DNA from: Moniliella sp. 'wahieum'
Lineage: Eukaryota
DNA length: 64,000 bases
Assembly (NCBI GenBank): GCA_003971905.1
Contig: RSEE01000015.1
Location: 806,001 to 870,000 of the forward strand
Direction: 5' to 3'
The position numbers and the translations under genes are program-made. Each line of letters starts with the position of its first letter. The first letter of the stretch is position 1. This document shows, piece by piece, positions 12,036 to 25,005 of this stretch. The notes beneath the pieces are model-generated. The model was not told where the DNA came from. It worked only from the letters and a program-made list of their open reading frames with translations, and made no database searches.

Positions 12036-12844
12036 ATCAGCCACGGGAAAGAGATGAATGCTACGGCGCCGATCACAGGAAAACAATAAGCAAAGTTTAT
12101 ATGCCCCATAGCAAACAATGTGCTTTATCCCCAAGACGCAGAATATGGAAATTTCACATACACAGTCCGCAGCCGTGTGCAAGCAGTTCCGCTTACATGT
12201 TACAAGGAACTGGGCCGATAGAGAACCAACATGCCAATAAGTGTTTGGTGTCGTCACTTCGCCCCATGCGCACTCTTAACAACAGCAGCTCTGTTGTGTT
12301 ATGCTCAAAATGAAGAGAAAAAGCGCATCACATATGGGGCCACAACTGACGACGAAGGGGATAGAGAGTATGTGTCTGTCTTTCGTATACGCCGAAAGAC
12401 CTTCCCATATGCGTGTGTTGGAACGCATATATGTGGTACACATGGCCCCACACACGAGGTCACTATACACGCTTATAATAAGAAGGGTGTTTCTTCAAAT
12501 GGCAACATTGGTGTGGTGGTCTCTCGGGTCTCAGATCTCACATAGCGTTGTCTTAGGCACGCCGCTGGCCTTCTCAGATCTCAGTCCACTCAGATAATGT
12601 CACATGTCAAGTTTCAGGCCCTCAGACCTCCGGCGCATTGCTCAACGACATTCCACCGTTCGCACCGGTCCGGTCACCGAAGAAGAAAGACCGCCGCGGA
12701 TCATCGATCACCGATCATGCACTATGCATCAGGAACTCATCAACAAACTATACTCGCGCAAGTCGCCCCAGGATACCTGATCGAGAACGAAAGGCTCGTC
12801 GGTACATTTTATAGGTACCTCGATCTCTGTCGCTTGTCGCATTG

Positions 12845-13024
12845 TGTTGGGACGGGCGGTCCCCTACATAAGCCATCAAGGCGCCTTATTACTCAGGCTT
12901 GTTTGCACCCTGTCTCCTGTAGGTGGGCATAAGGCTTAGACCCAACCACCACCACCGCGATTGCTTGCTCTGCTATATTTCCAGAGGTTCAGCGCCCAAC
13001 CCTTGGGCTGTTCCGGTCTTACCA
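12845..13024 (+). mobile_element. Solo LTR, diverged relative of the copia LTR at 18003
   Basis: TGTTGGGAC...TTCCGGTCTTACCA; shares actcaggcttgt, aaggcttagacc, accaccac..gcgattgc, tttccagaggttc and cccttggg blocks with the 18003 LTR; flanks CATTG/CATGG (1-mismatch 5-bp TSD). Confidence 0.8.
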
Positions 13025-13119
13025 CATGGTGCACCAAATGGCTCAGTACTGAGGCTCAGTCCACAAGACCTCTGTGCGGACCAAGCAGTGATGCGAAGTT
13101 CCGCGCGGATTTGAACGGG

Positions 13120-13705
13120 GTAATGACTCATGCATGAGTCCTACGCCTGGGTGAGCCTGAAGGCCTGAGGCTCAGGCCTGAGGAGGGCCTGATGAGCCTG
13201 AGGCTTGTAACCGGTAACCGGTAACCGGCGGTAATGTAATAAGTACCAAGTGCCAATCGCCCCCAATTAAGCGCTGTGAGACGCGTGACATATGACATGC
13301 GAGCGCGCGAGAACTGTCCAAAGGTACAGGATGTATCAGACTAACATAGGATGGATGGTGCAGACCGTTGGGTAGTACGAGGTACGACGCACTAGAGTTC
13401 GTAGAGTTACTAGCTACTAGTTAGTAGAGGTTGAAAACAATACATCCAGACCAATTAAAAAGTGTTACACTGTGACGCGTGACGCGTGAGATGGAGATCT
13501 GGCAAAAAAGAAGAATTGGAATATGCGGAGAAAGTGAGACTGTGTGGTCCGCGGGGGCCACGGTGACCGGTGACCGATGACTAGTGACGCGTGACGAGTG
13601 ACACGCGTCTCGGACGAACGGAAGCTTGACAGCTTGACAGTTTGACAGGTGCGAGTCACCGGTGACATGTGAGCGCGAGCGCTCTGCGCTGGTGCATGAT
13701 GAGAC
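13120..13705. repeat. Cluster of 7-bp periodic xyTNAy'x' palindrome arrays
   Basis: (GGTAACC)3 near 13207, CCTGAGG runs, (CGTGACG)2 near 13472, phased TGA array 13564-13601, CTTGAC runs. Confidence 0.85.
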
Positions 13706-15569
13706 TGGCCGCTGACCAATGGCATGTGAATGCGACGGAGAGGCTTTTGCAGCATGAAAGTGGTGGAAGTGTGATGGGGGTAGCAATGTAGTCCCATCAT
13801 GCAATTATTCTCGATGGGGGGCTGGCCTGGGTTTGCCTTCGGATTGGTTCAGACAGCTGCTGTACTCTTCTCTCAGCACCATAGATCTCATTCCTAGGGT
13901 CTGGCTGTTGTTCCCCCGTTACAGGCTTGCATCAGGTCTTCTCTCCTCTGATGGATATAGCGAACAATCAACAAGGGAAGAAGGAAAGCATACTATATCC
14001 TCCTGATAGTTGTGAGTACAACCATCATGTGCGCATGTACACAATATTCCGGAAGATGACCTTTGCCAGGCGTTCCAATTCGAGGTGGATGACCGCGGTG
14101 GACAGATATATTCTCTTTGGTCTGAGATCTGAGATCTGATGCTCAATATTCAATGCACAACGCATGTAAGGGTTCCGAGGCTCTGGAGAGAGTGCCTGAA
14201 CTTGACACGCGCGCGTGTGTGTATATTCTGGGGTCGGTCAAAGATCGGCGAGCACTCATTAAATTATGCGTTAATCATCACTAGCAGGATCGTCGAAATC
14301 ATTGATCAGGGATGGGGAGCACTTGGATCCTTGGTATTGGGGGAGGGGGGGGGCACAGGGCGACGAATATTCAACAGCGCTTAGGCCTTGGGTCATACGC
14401 GCCAAGCTCTGCCAAGGCGCTGAGGGTCTATCAAGCGATGACGGTGACGAGGGGACTAGCACACAAAGATGTGGCTAGTTGTATAGTGCGCGGGACCAGG
14501 ACCACCTGCCCTCGGTGGGATGTTGTAGTCGATGATTGATGCATGATGTATGATGAGGCGTGTTGAGACGTTGACGCCTGAGGCATGTGGATGGTGGGGA
14601 AACGGCTTCCTTTGGACGCGAGTGCTTTAGACCTCAGGTTACCGGGGTGAGGCCTCAGGCCTCAGGCCTCAGGGCCTGAGGGCATGAGGCGAGGCAGGTC
14701 ACGGGGACCTTGTCGATCATCGATCATTCACTTGAAGAGGATCATAGTTTTGGTAAGTTGGCGGACTGAGTAAGACAATCCAACTCTCGTGGCCACACGG
14801 GATAGAGGGCTAGCCAGCTGTGACAGGGGAGATTTGCGAGGTGAAGTGACCAGAAATACTTCTGTAGTGCCTGAGCGGGGCCAACACATATTTGACTCCC
14901 GTCACTTTGACCCAGACCTCTTGAGTGGCTCTATATTGGATGGTACCTATTGGAAGTGTTATGATGTACCTGAGCTGGACATGATTGCTCGGGTACTATA
15001 GTACGCCGCGGTTATACGCGTTTTACAGTTCCATGTTGACGCGCAGGCTGGTTACTGGTTGTAATGGGAACATCCTGGGGTACGAGGGGCAGGAAGCCAG
15101 GGTTGTGTCTGGAGAGGCTGGAGAGCAACTGGGGGGTTCTCTACGATCCCCCAGTACCCCGGCCTCCCCGCGTCCGCAGTCAAGCGCTGATGTTCTCGGT
15201 CGATGACAGTCGCGGCCCCCGTGGGGCGCATTTGTGTGTCACATGTCACACACACCTGTGCCCGCAGGTCACCGGTGACCGGTGACCGGTGACATGGCCA
15301 CATACACCGGGCAGCCATGTAAGCAGGAATCCAGCCTCTCTTGCGTCCTCTCGGGGGGGGGGATGTCGATTTTTTCTTCCCAGGAGCGAAGTATAAAACG
15401 GAGCACCATTGCCTATCCACTGGCGCTTCCTTTTCTTCTTACCCTCACCTCCGCTGCTGCACTTCCCCTTACGGCTCATTCAGTCGACCTACCACCAAAG
15501 GCTTGTTGAGGTGCACCCTCCCCCCTCCTTCCCTACTGAGAAAAGTTTTTCAACTCTCCGTCATTCATT

Positions 15570-17411
15570 ATGCAAATCGCTGGCACTCGAATTGGTGTCA
15601 TGGTCTACCTGGTCACCTTGGTGACCATTGGTGCCGGCCTTAACGTATGCATTTCCCCCTATGCCAGCCAACAACAGCGATGCAACTAACCATTTCTCGG
15701 GTCATCAGTTCGGATACGAAACCGGTATTATGGCCGGATTGTATCCCATGGAAGACTTCCAACGCCGTTTTGCGACTGGTCCCGTCACCCACGTTGATGG
15801 CAAGTACCAGAAGGCCTGGTCCAAGTGGCTTCAGGGTCTGATCACGGGCTTTATGTCAATTGGCTGTGGTGTCGGTGCCCTTACCGGCAACATCTGGCAA
15901 AAGGCTCTCGGCACCAAGTACTGCGTTCAGATTTCCGCCCTTTGGATTATCATTGGTTGCATCATCAAGGTTGCTGCGGACCACTCCTGGGTTCAATTCG
16001 GCATTGGCCGTCTGGTCTCTGGCTACGGTATTGGCATGTCCTCCGCTCTTGCTCCTGTCTATCAGTCGGAGCTTATGCCGGGTCAAATCCGTGGTATGAT
16101 GGGAGGGTTCTTCCAATTTGCGATTACCCTCGGCATTCTTTTGGCGTACGCCATTGCCATCGGTACTCGTTACGCGGGTCACAACGACTCGGCCTCGTGG
16201 CGGGTTTTGGTTGCTATGGGCTTCCTCTTTGCCATGATTCAAGGCGCTTTGGCGATGCTCACGCCCGAGTCTCCCACTATCAGTGCTCAGAAGGGCCGTT
16301 TCGACGAAGCAAAGAGGGCCATCGCTGTCATGCACGGTGTGTCCGTTGAGGACAACGACCCTCACGTCGAGGCTGAGTACAACGACCTTGTCCAGAGCAT
16401 CGAAGAGGAGAAGAAGTCCAACGCGTCTGAGGCCTCCTGGGCGGATTGCTTCCGGTCTGAGAACTCCACCTGCTTCCGTACGATCATGGGCATGACCCTT
16501 CAAATGGGCCAGCAACTCTGCGGCGGCAACTGTATGTTGGCTTTAACCCCATCACCTCCTTCCTGTTACTAACTTTCTCTGCTTTCCTTAGACTTCTTCT
16601 TTTATGGTAACCAGGTGTTTGCGAACGCCGGTCTGAAGGACTCGTACGTCACTCAAATCATTCTTGGTGCTGTCAACTTCGTTTGCACTGCCCCTGGTCT
16701 CTGGATGGTGGAAGCATGGGGACGTCGCAACACCCTCTTGTACGGTTCTGTTGGGTGCTCTATCTGGCTGTTCGTGTTCGCCATCGCAGGTGTTGCGGGT
16801 AACGAAAGTCACAAAATGGGCGACCCCCATGTTTCCAAGTCCATCGGTGACCTCATGACCTGCGCTGGTTGCTTCTACGTCTTCTGCCTTGCCTGCACCT
16901 GGTCTCCGGCCGTGTGGATCTGGTGCGGTGAGAACTTTGGCTCGCGCACTCGCGCCAAGCAAGCAGCTTTGTCGACGGCCACCAACTGGGCGTGGAACTT
17001 TGCCTTGGCTTTCTTCACTCAGCCCATTACTGGCAACATTGGCTATGGTATGTTTTATCCTATTCTTCTTTACGGATTGTTGCGTTAACACGATTCTCCT
17101 CAGCCTACGGTTTCATCTTTGCCTCCTGGAACATTGTGAACGCGTTCATCGTCTTCTTCTTTGTGCGTGAGACCCAAGGCCTCAGTCTGGAGCAAGTCGA
17201 CCTCATGTACCACGACCCCAGCTGCAAGCCCTGGAACAGCCGTACCTGGTGCCCTCCTGGCTACACTTCCCGCCGCGCTCTTGTCACTGGCAAAGAAGTC
17301 GCCGCCCTCGTCACGGCTGAGGACATGGAGAAGATTGGCGAGGAGAAGCTGCAGGAGGGCAAGATGGCCGAATCCTCCCTGGGCGAGAAGACCCCTGAGC
17401 CTTCCATTTAA
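15570..17411 (+). CDS. MFS sugar porter (hexose transporter)
   Basis: FGYETG, GRLVSGYGIG, PVYQSELMP..IRG, PESP, QQLCGGN, VEAWGRR, ENF..RTRAK, RETQGLSLEQVD motifs; three GT-AG introns (~15645, ~16532, ~17048). Confidence 0.93.
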
Positions 17412-18002
17412 AAACGTCCAACGTCACTCAGTGCTCTACGTGTGGCCAAACTCTCTTTTTTATGTCTCATTGGTGTCTTTTGATCTCACGATCCCACCTG
17501 TTACGTGCCCCTTCTCGGTCTCACGTCCCTTTCTCCACTTCGGTCCCCCTGTGATTTCTTGCCACAGTCCATTGATGTGCTCCGACTGAGCTCAGCCGCT
17601 CAGCGCCATCAACTTTTGTTTCTTTTACCCCAGTAAGCTCGAAGAGCTTGTTGCCTCATGTTTTACGCCTTGCGCTTCACGACCGGCGTCATTCCCATGA
17701 TGCATGCCCCTGAATGATATCACCGACTGTGGCTCCCTTTCATTTTCCCTTATAAACCCACCTTAGCTCATTTTGCTTGTCCTTTTATTTTCTCCGTAGG
17801 AGTTCTAAGCGGGCAAAGCGATCGCATCAGTCCGAGATGGCACGATACTGCTATAATGGATTCCACAGCCCCCGGTGGCAGGGGAGTTGGAAAAGGAAAT
17901 TCGTAGGCGCGTATAAACAGGGGATGAATCAATTATCCCCGGATGGGCCTTCCATCAACATGTTAGTACTAGTAGTGATTCATTCCAATGTTAAACGCTA
18001 CT

Positions 18003-21000
18003 TGTTGGGACCCGTGGTCCCGTACTTAGGCCAAGGCGCCTCATCACCCTTCACCCCTGATTTGTCCTCCGAAGCCTCCACGTGTATACTCAGGCTTGTC
18101 TGAACCCCTGTCTCTAGGTGTGGCACAAGGCTTAGACCTTAACCACCACCATCGCGATTGCATTGCTCTACATTTCCAGAGGTTCTTCACCCAATCCCTT
18201 GGGTTCCTCCGGTCTTACAGAGTTACAATCCTCTTGACGCTCAGCCCTGAGCCTTCCACTCTTACACTCTTCGGTCCTCCGCTGCCGGCCCTATCCACAA
18301 GCGCTTGCTCGAACTGCGTAAGCTAATGGCAAGCATCATGAGCTCTCAGACTCAGGAGTCTTGGTTCAACTCCTCAACCCCTACTTCACCAACTGCCGGA
18401 GCAGAAGAGAGCACCACTCCCGTCGGAGTTGACCACGCCTCCCCGCCGCTGACACCATCGCGTGAATCTACCCCTACACCTCAACCCACCCCCGTGGGCC
18501 CCGACAACACCGCGAACGACGTCGCCACCCTCGCCGACCGCATTCGCAACATGTTCAAATTGTTTCCCGAACACATCACCCTCAAACAGCTACAGGACAC
18601 TGGTATCAAGCTTGGGTACAGCGAAAAGACGACCACAGAAGCCATTGTCATGTTATCATGTGAGAATCCACCCAATGCTAGCAAGAACGAAGGTGCCTTA
18701 TCGTCAACTCCGGCCGTCGACGACAACCCGTGGGCTTTGACTCCCGACAAGCTCCTCCGTAGTGCCACTCGCAGCAACGTGCCGTACCACGAGCGTTTCC
18801 ACAACAACAGCTCGTTTTGGTTATGGACCCGGATCTTCCTCCCTCGTATCCAGATTATCCCTGGAGCGCGTGAGCATCTGGAACAGGGCAAGGCCCTGGA
18901 CGGGTATAACGCAGAACTGGACGCTCACTTGGCCAACATTCTACTCCCGTGGATAGACTCCGACGTCGTCCAGCAGATCACCGGCGATGGCACGCCGGCT
19001 CTAGGGTCTGCATACTATCATGCTCTGCGTGATTTGTACGGCACCGTTTCAGACACTGAGATCTGTGATATCCTCATAAAGGTTCTCACTCTCAAAATGG
19101 GCACCAAGTCGGGCCGCCAATACCTGAATGAGTTCACTGTGGCGGTAACCCAGTACGAGATGACGTCCAAGTCCAAGCTGGACGAGATTGGTCTAGCACA
19201 GATGCTACGGAAAGGCGTTACTGATCAGGGGTGGTTGCACCTCCATCGTAACAGCAGCTACGCCGAATTGCGCCGAGCAGTGAGCGAACTCAAAGGCTCC
19301 AACTACGGCAGTACCTCCAGTTCAAGCCCAGCTCCCTCCAGTACGGCCCCTTCGGAAGCCACGTCGCACAGCCAAACAAGCAGTACGGTGACAGGCCGCG
19401 GACGAGGCCGAGGTGGCAGCGGGTACAGAGGAAGTCACCGTGGTGGCCAACGTGGCGGCCACTTTAGCCGGCCGGCTACGACAGCCCAGACCACCTCATC
19501 TGCCCATGCAGTAACCCCTATGGCAGCCACTACACCACCCAAGCCAGCCAACCTCCCTGCGCAACACGATTCAGGTGCGAGACCATCCGTATTCAATGAA
19601 CGAAGTGCGTTTATCAATCTTCGTCCACACCGCGAGCCCATAGCAGTGGCAAACGGACAGATCGCATACACTGAAGGCATTGGCACCATCTCTATGTACA
19701 TTCAAACCCAGAACGGAGCCCCTATCCGCATCCACCTACCCGGCAGCTTGTACTGCCCCACCTTCCCGACCAACCTGCTCAGCGCTTACCATCTATCTAT
19801 CGCAGGCATTGGCAGCTGGATCCCTCCAGGTGGCCATGGTCTCTATCTCGGACGACACGGCGAACCTTTTCGTCTCGCCGCCGACTCAAGCTATTCCCTT
19901 ACTCTGGCGCCCAATACGACAGCCACAGCCAACAGCGCCACTTCGCTACTCAACCTTGATGCAACCCTGGTCAAGGTGAAAAACGCCCACATCCGATGGA
20001 ATCATGCACCTCTAGATCAACTTTCATCCCTCACGTCGGATGACCCAGCATTCGAACGGGTCAACAGTGGCGACATCGCTTTAGTCCGGTCCTCGTGGCA
20101 CTGTGCACCATGCGCATTAAGCAGAGCCACTGCCCCACCCCACGCCACGACTGGACGCCCAATCCGAACCATTCGCCCTTTCTCTCTCCTCCACCTCGAC
20201 GTCCTTGACATATCCCGCCAAGGCGGCGGGGTCATACTTACGCCCTTATCATTGTCGACGACTTTACGCGGTATACCTGGACGCTACCCCTGGTGTCCAA
20301 GGGTGATGCCACAGCCGAACTTCAAGCCTTCATCCGGCGCGAGCATCGCCAACATCCCGACCGCCCCCTTCAGACGGTCCGCTCTGACAATGCGCCTGAA
20401 CTCACCACCGCAATGGACGAGTTTTACTGCGAGCTGGGAGTAGTGAGCGAGCGCACCAATCCTGGCGAAAGTGCGTCCAATGGGGTCGCCGAACGCGCCA
20501 TAAGATCGATTACGGATCGCGCTCGACTCATGGTAATCGCCAACAGATTGACTCCCGACGAGTGGTGGGAACACAGCTTGTTGGCGGCCACATATGCACA
20601 CAACCAGTCGCCGCCGAAAGCACTGGGTGGGGACAGCCGATTTGTCCGGTACCATGGCTTCAAACCCTCCCTTCGCATGCGCGGTTTTGGCACTCTTGCC
20701 TACCTGCACCTATTGCCCAACCAACGCGAGGGCGGCAAACTTGGTCCGCGGGCCGTCCCAGCAATGTTGGTGGGTTACGGGCACGGCCGCGGTTCGAAGG
20801 GGTGGCTCTTTGCCATCCACCAGGACGACGGCCAAGTTGGATTCCGTTGGAAAAAGCCGTCCACCTGGACGCATGTCCCGTACACCACCGAATATCCCAC
20901 GCACTTTCATCTGGACCCCCTTGTCCCTGCTGGTGGCGGAGAGGTGCGGGGGGGCGGAGAAATGGGTGCTGGTGGTCAGACAGCTCCCCACCCCGGCGTG

Positions 21001-23556
21001 TGCGTTTTGCGATAGATGAACTGACCCGCGATACTAATGGTAAGAAAGACAATGCCCCCCATGGAAAAAGAAATTAAAAGAACGAAAAACAGAGGCACAT
21101 CGCCCGGCTCAAGCCAACGAAAATGAGAATTCAGAGCCTGGCCCCACTCCCACCAACTCCAACCCCCCACATGTATCCCCCCAACCTGTTGCATCTGACC
21201 CCGCAGGCATGGCACAACGCCAGGCAAAGCAAGCCGAAGAAAATGAAACTATCACAGAAGATGCCGTTGACACTGGCCACCAAGTCCTGCTTTCCCCTCC
21301 CTCTTCCACTTCCCCTTCCTCTCCCGCCCTATCCCCCTCCCCTCTCTCCCCCCCGACACGCTCGCCCCCGTGACCGTGCCCCTGACCGATACAGCCGTCC
21401 CCGCACTCGTGCGTCGCAATCCCGTTCGCCAAGCGCGTATCAACGCTCCACCCCTCGACCTGTCCATTCCAGCCAACGACAATTTGCGCGATGGCACCTT
21501 TTCCCTGCTCGTCAACAAGGCCCCTAGCATCTTTGGCAACCCGGCCGCCCTCTCCGCCCTAGGAATGCAGGCTTTGGTGAGTATTTTCGGACCAGCGCCG
21601 GACACATCCATGCTACCTGCTTCGGAGCCAAGCTCGCCCCCCATTGCACTCGCAATCGAATCCGCGGCAAGTGACACCGAGGTCATACTGACCACCGATG
21701 GGGTCCCGGTGGCCCCCAAGAACATCAAGAAGTTGGTGGGTCACCCTGCCTTTGATGGCGTACTCGAGGCAATGCGCCTCGAGCTTCGGCGTTTTGACGA
21801 GCGTGACGTGAAGGAAGTTGTACCCATCCCCCCAGGGATCAAACCCCTTCCCGGCATGTGGGTCATAGGTACTAAGACGGATGCGGATGCTAACTTCCTC
21901 AAGTACCGTGCCCGCTACGTTGTGGGAGGGCACCGGCAAGTTCCTGGCACATGGGCGAAATCTTTTGCTCCTGCCGTTCGTACTGCTGCCGTCAACACGC
22001 TAATTGCGTTGGCCGAAGCTGATGGCCTCCACTTATTTTCTGCCGATGTGGAAGCTGCCTACCTCTATGCCGATATCAACGAGCTCGTCTATGTTCGACC
22101 ACCCCCCTTCTTCCCAGAAGCGCCCGGTCATTGCTGGAGACTCAAGAAAAGTCTCTATGGCCTGCACCAGAGCGGGGCCAACTTTGGAGATTGGCTCCGC
22201 ACTTTCCTTTGCGACCGACTCCACTTCACTAGCCTAAAATCAGAGCCTTGCCTGTTCATACGTCGCACCGAACCTCTTGGCCTGATCCTAATCGCCGTCC
22301 ACACTGACGACTTTTTGGTCGCGTGTCGGTCCCAAGAAGCGTATGATGAATTCTTAGTGGAATTAAGGCGCAGCATCCAAATTAAGTCCAACGGCCCCCT
22401 ACGTTTCCATCTCGGCTGCCAATACGACCGTATCGATGGACGACTGTACATCAGCCAACCCAAATTCATCGCTGAGACGCTTGCCGCGCATGACATATCA
22501 CCTCACCGGCCCCGCTACCTTCCAATCGGCCACCAACTTCCGCCTCCCAAGCGACCCGAACACGAAAAGCGTGCCACTCGAGACGAGCACCGTGCCTACC
22601 GTTCTATTGTCGGATCCAGCTTGTGGGCGGCTCGTATGTCCCGGCCTGATGCCCTCTTTGCGGCTACCTTTTTAGCGCGGTTTATGGACGACCCGTCCGC
22701 CGCCCACCGACGCGCAGCGGAGGACCTATTACGTTTCTTCGCCGGTACGTCTGACTACTCTTTGTGCCTCACACCCAACCGATCTCGCCCTCTACTCGAG
22801 CTGCACACCGATGCCTCCTTTGCATCAGACAAGAGCAACTCTCACTCCGTTTCGGGCCATGTTGTTTTTGTTTTCGGTGTGCCTGTATCCTGGGGCTCCA
22901 AGTCCCAAAATCAAGGTGTGAGCAACACAGCAGCATCTGAATACCTAGCCATGGGAGATGGCCTTCGAGATGCTCTATTCATTCGCAACATACTGTTTGA
23001 ACTTGGTGTCTGCAAGGCTAATCACCCGATTGAGCTCTTTGTTGACAACACCGCTGCCAAAGCGTTGGCCGAAAAGCTCGGCAGCCTAGGCAAAATACGG
23101 GAGATTGACGTCTCGTACCACGAGGTGCGGGAACGCATCCACCGAGGCGAAATTAAAGTCCACTACACTCCAGGTGCACACCATCTCCCTGACTGGTTCA
23201 CCAAACCTCTTTCTCTTCCCAAGATCATTTCTGCGCGTAACAATTTCGATTTGGCTTCTCTTTCTTCGCGCTGATCCCCTTTCTACTTTTCTTTTGTTGA
23301 TGGCCAACGGGCTTCTTTCGTTCCCTTGGCCCGGGGGGGTGTTGGGACCCGTGGTCCCGTACTTAGGCCAAGGCGCCTCATCACCCTTCACCCCTGATTT
23401 GTCCTCCGAAGCCTCCACGTGTATACTCAGGCTTGTCTGAACCCCTGTCTCTAGGTGTGGCACAAGGCTTAGACCTTAACCACCACCATCGCGATTGCAT
23501 TGCTCTACATTTCCAGAGGTTCTTCACCCAATCCCTTGGGTTCCTCCGGTCTTACA
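18003..23556 (+). mobile_element. Full-length Ty1/copia LTR retrotransposon
   Basis: 217-bp LTRs 18003-18219 and 23340-23556 (TG...CA, identical by eye); perfect TSD CTACT; G-run PPT; gag-PR(HDSGA)-IN(HxRWNH..CAPC, LHLD, RSDNAPE, NGVAER)-RT(KKSLYGLHQSG, HTDD)-RH(TDASFA, PDWFTKPL) in copia order. Confidence 0.96.
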
Positions 23557-23777
23557 CTACTAGTAACTAGTAACACAGCTACGACTCCTTCTTTGACTTT
23601 TGCGAAGCTACGCAAAAACCCTGTAAAATCACCATGGTGAGTTGGGTTTCAGACACATTTTTTCGGGCGAGGCACATAGTGAAACCAATCGTCATACGGA
23701 GATGCAGAAGAAGCAATGCCGCTCAAACAAGGATTAATGGTGTGGATGCAGCTCAGCATACATCATGTGTGTATTGT

Positions 23778-24262
23778 TCAACGACGCGGCTTCTCTTTCT
23801 TCTCACGAAAGGGCGTACAGACCTGGGTGCAGAATGTCAGTCCAAGTCGTCAAAACCAAGGGAGAAAGAGGTACGTACCGACACCGGACACCTTGATGAC
23901 ACGGAAACGCACACCGGGAATGTCACCCTTGGCCTTACCCTTACGGCCGAAACCCTCGATGAGCACCTCATCGTTCTCGTCAACGAAGTTGAGGCAACCG
24001 TCGTGGGGAACGAAGGCAGCAACTTTCTTGCCGTTTTTGATCAGCTGGACACGAACACACTTGCGGATGGCAGAGTTGGGCTGCTTGGCCTCAACACCAA
24101 CCTTCTCAAGAACGATGCCCTTGGCCTGAGAAGAGCCAGCAGTAGGGGATGATTTGTAGAAGTTGCCGAGGCACGCTTCTTCCATGCCTTGTCGGCCCAC
24201 TTGTTCTCACGGCGGGTCGTGTGCAGCTTGCGCGCTGCGTTCAGGCCACTAGGCTTACCCAT
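23778..24262 (-). CDS. RPS23: 40S ribosomal protein uS12/S23
   Basis: [13 protein letters not shown]...[28 protein letters not shown]...[15 protein letters not shown] intron before last exon ending REKKEKPRR*; probable 5'UTR intron 24268-24504. Confidence 0.96.
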
Positions 24263-24654
24263 GGTGCCTACAAAGTCAGGGGTCAGCCGCATGCTCCTTC
24301 AAACCACCGCAGGCCGAAGTGACGGCCGGCGCCCCCCCACTGCCCCACCTGCGTAACCTCAGCCCCAGTACCGACCCCCAAAGTTTGCATAGGCAGCCCA
24401 TCCACCAGCATATGCAAGCAAATAAGCAAGCCGACTTCGCAAGGAAGGGTGTCTAGGGCTTCATGGCAGCGGGCAGCAAGGCGTAGCCGCAGACATGCAC
24501 TTACTGAATCGACCGGTGGTGAGCAGGCACTTCGACTGGGGTTAAGGTGGTACTTGGTGCATGAGCACCAGCACAAATCCAACCCTATTGTGAATAGGAT
24601 GCGCTGCGGCGCATTTGCTTATTTTCGTTGTTATAGAAACTGCTGCAGTGCTCG

Positions 24655-24671
24655 TTAGGGTTGCGTGACTT
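24655..24671. promoter_or_regulatory. Candidate RP-gene cis-elements (telobox-like TTAGGGTT plus Homol-D-like AGTCACG) in the bidirectional promoter
   Basis: ttagggttgcgtgactt lies midway between divergent RPS23 and RPL27; the resemblance to known fungal RP promoter motifs is inference. Confidence 0.4.
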
Positions 24672-25005
24672 GCATGTTAGCACGGGGGAAGTGTTATGTC
24701 CCACTCAATGCTGTTTCTCTATGATACTACGGCACGGAGGCCCCACTGTCTGCCCAAGTGGACGGTTTACCTTACACCTTTCTGTGTCACCTCCATCGCA
24801 CATATCTAGGTCCGTCTACGTTCCCTAACACGTGGATGTTCTCTGCCGCACAGATGACGCTGCACGGGCGATAGGACATGCCTGCGGCCGATGTGCAGGC
24901 TGGCACTGGTTGCCACTCCCCAACTCAGCCCATGGGGAGACGGGCCAGGATGGACGTCACCGCGTATGAGATGGGAAACTGACGTTTTTTGGTTGTGCAG
25001 ACACA

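Noticed and set aside
12300..12470. Short inverted repeats (catatgcgt/acgcatat; ggggcca/tggcccc) as a MITE
   Set aside because: Too short, with no TSD or second copy in the window.
13561..13605. Repeat-spacer pattern as a CRISPR-like array
   Set aside because: The repeat is 3 bp and the spacer 4 bp, the context is eukaryotic, and there are no cas genes.
13120..15300. Dense restriction-site-like palindromes (AgeI, MluI, SpeI, StuI, BglII, HindIII) as polylinker/vector contamination
   Set aside because: They occur as tandem 7-bp arrays dispersed over many intergenic regions with no vector backbone.
22299..22312. RT motif HTDD instead of YVDD as an inactive or novel RT
   Set aside because: HxDD variants are common in fungal copia RTs and both Asp residues are intact.
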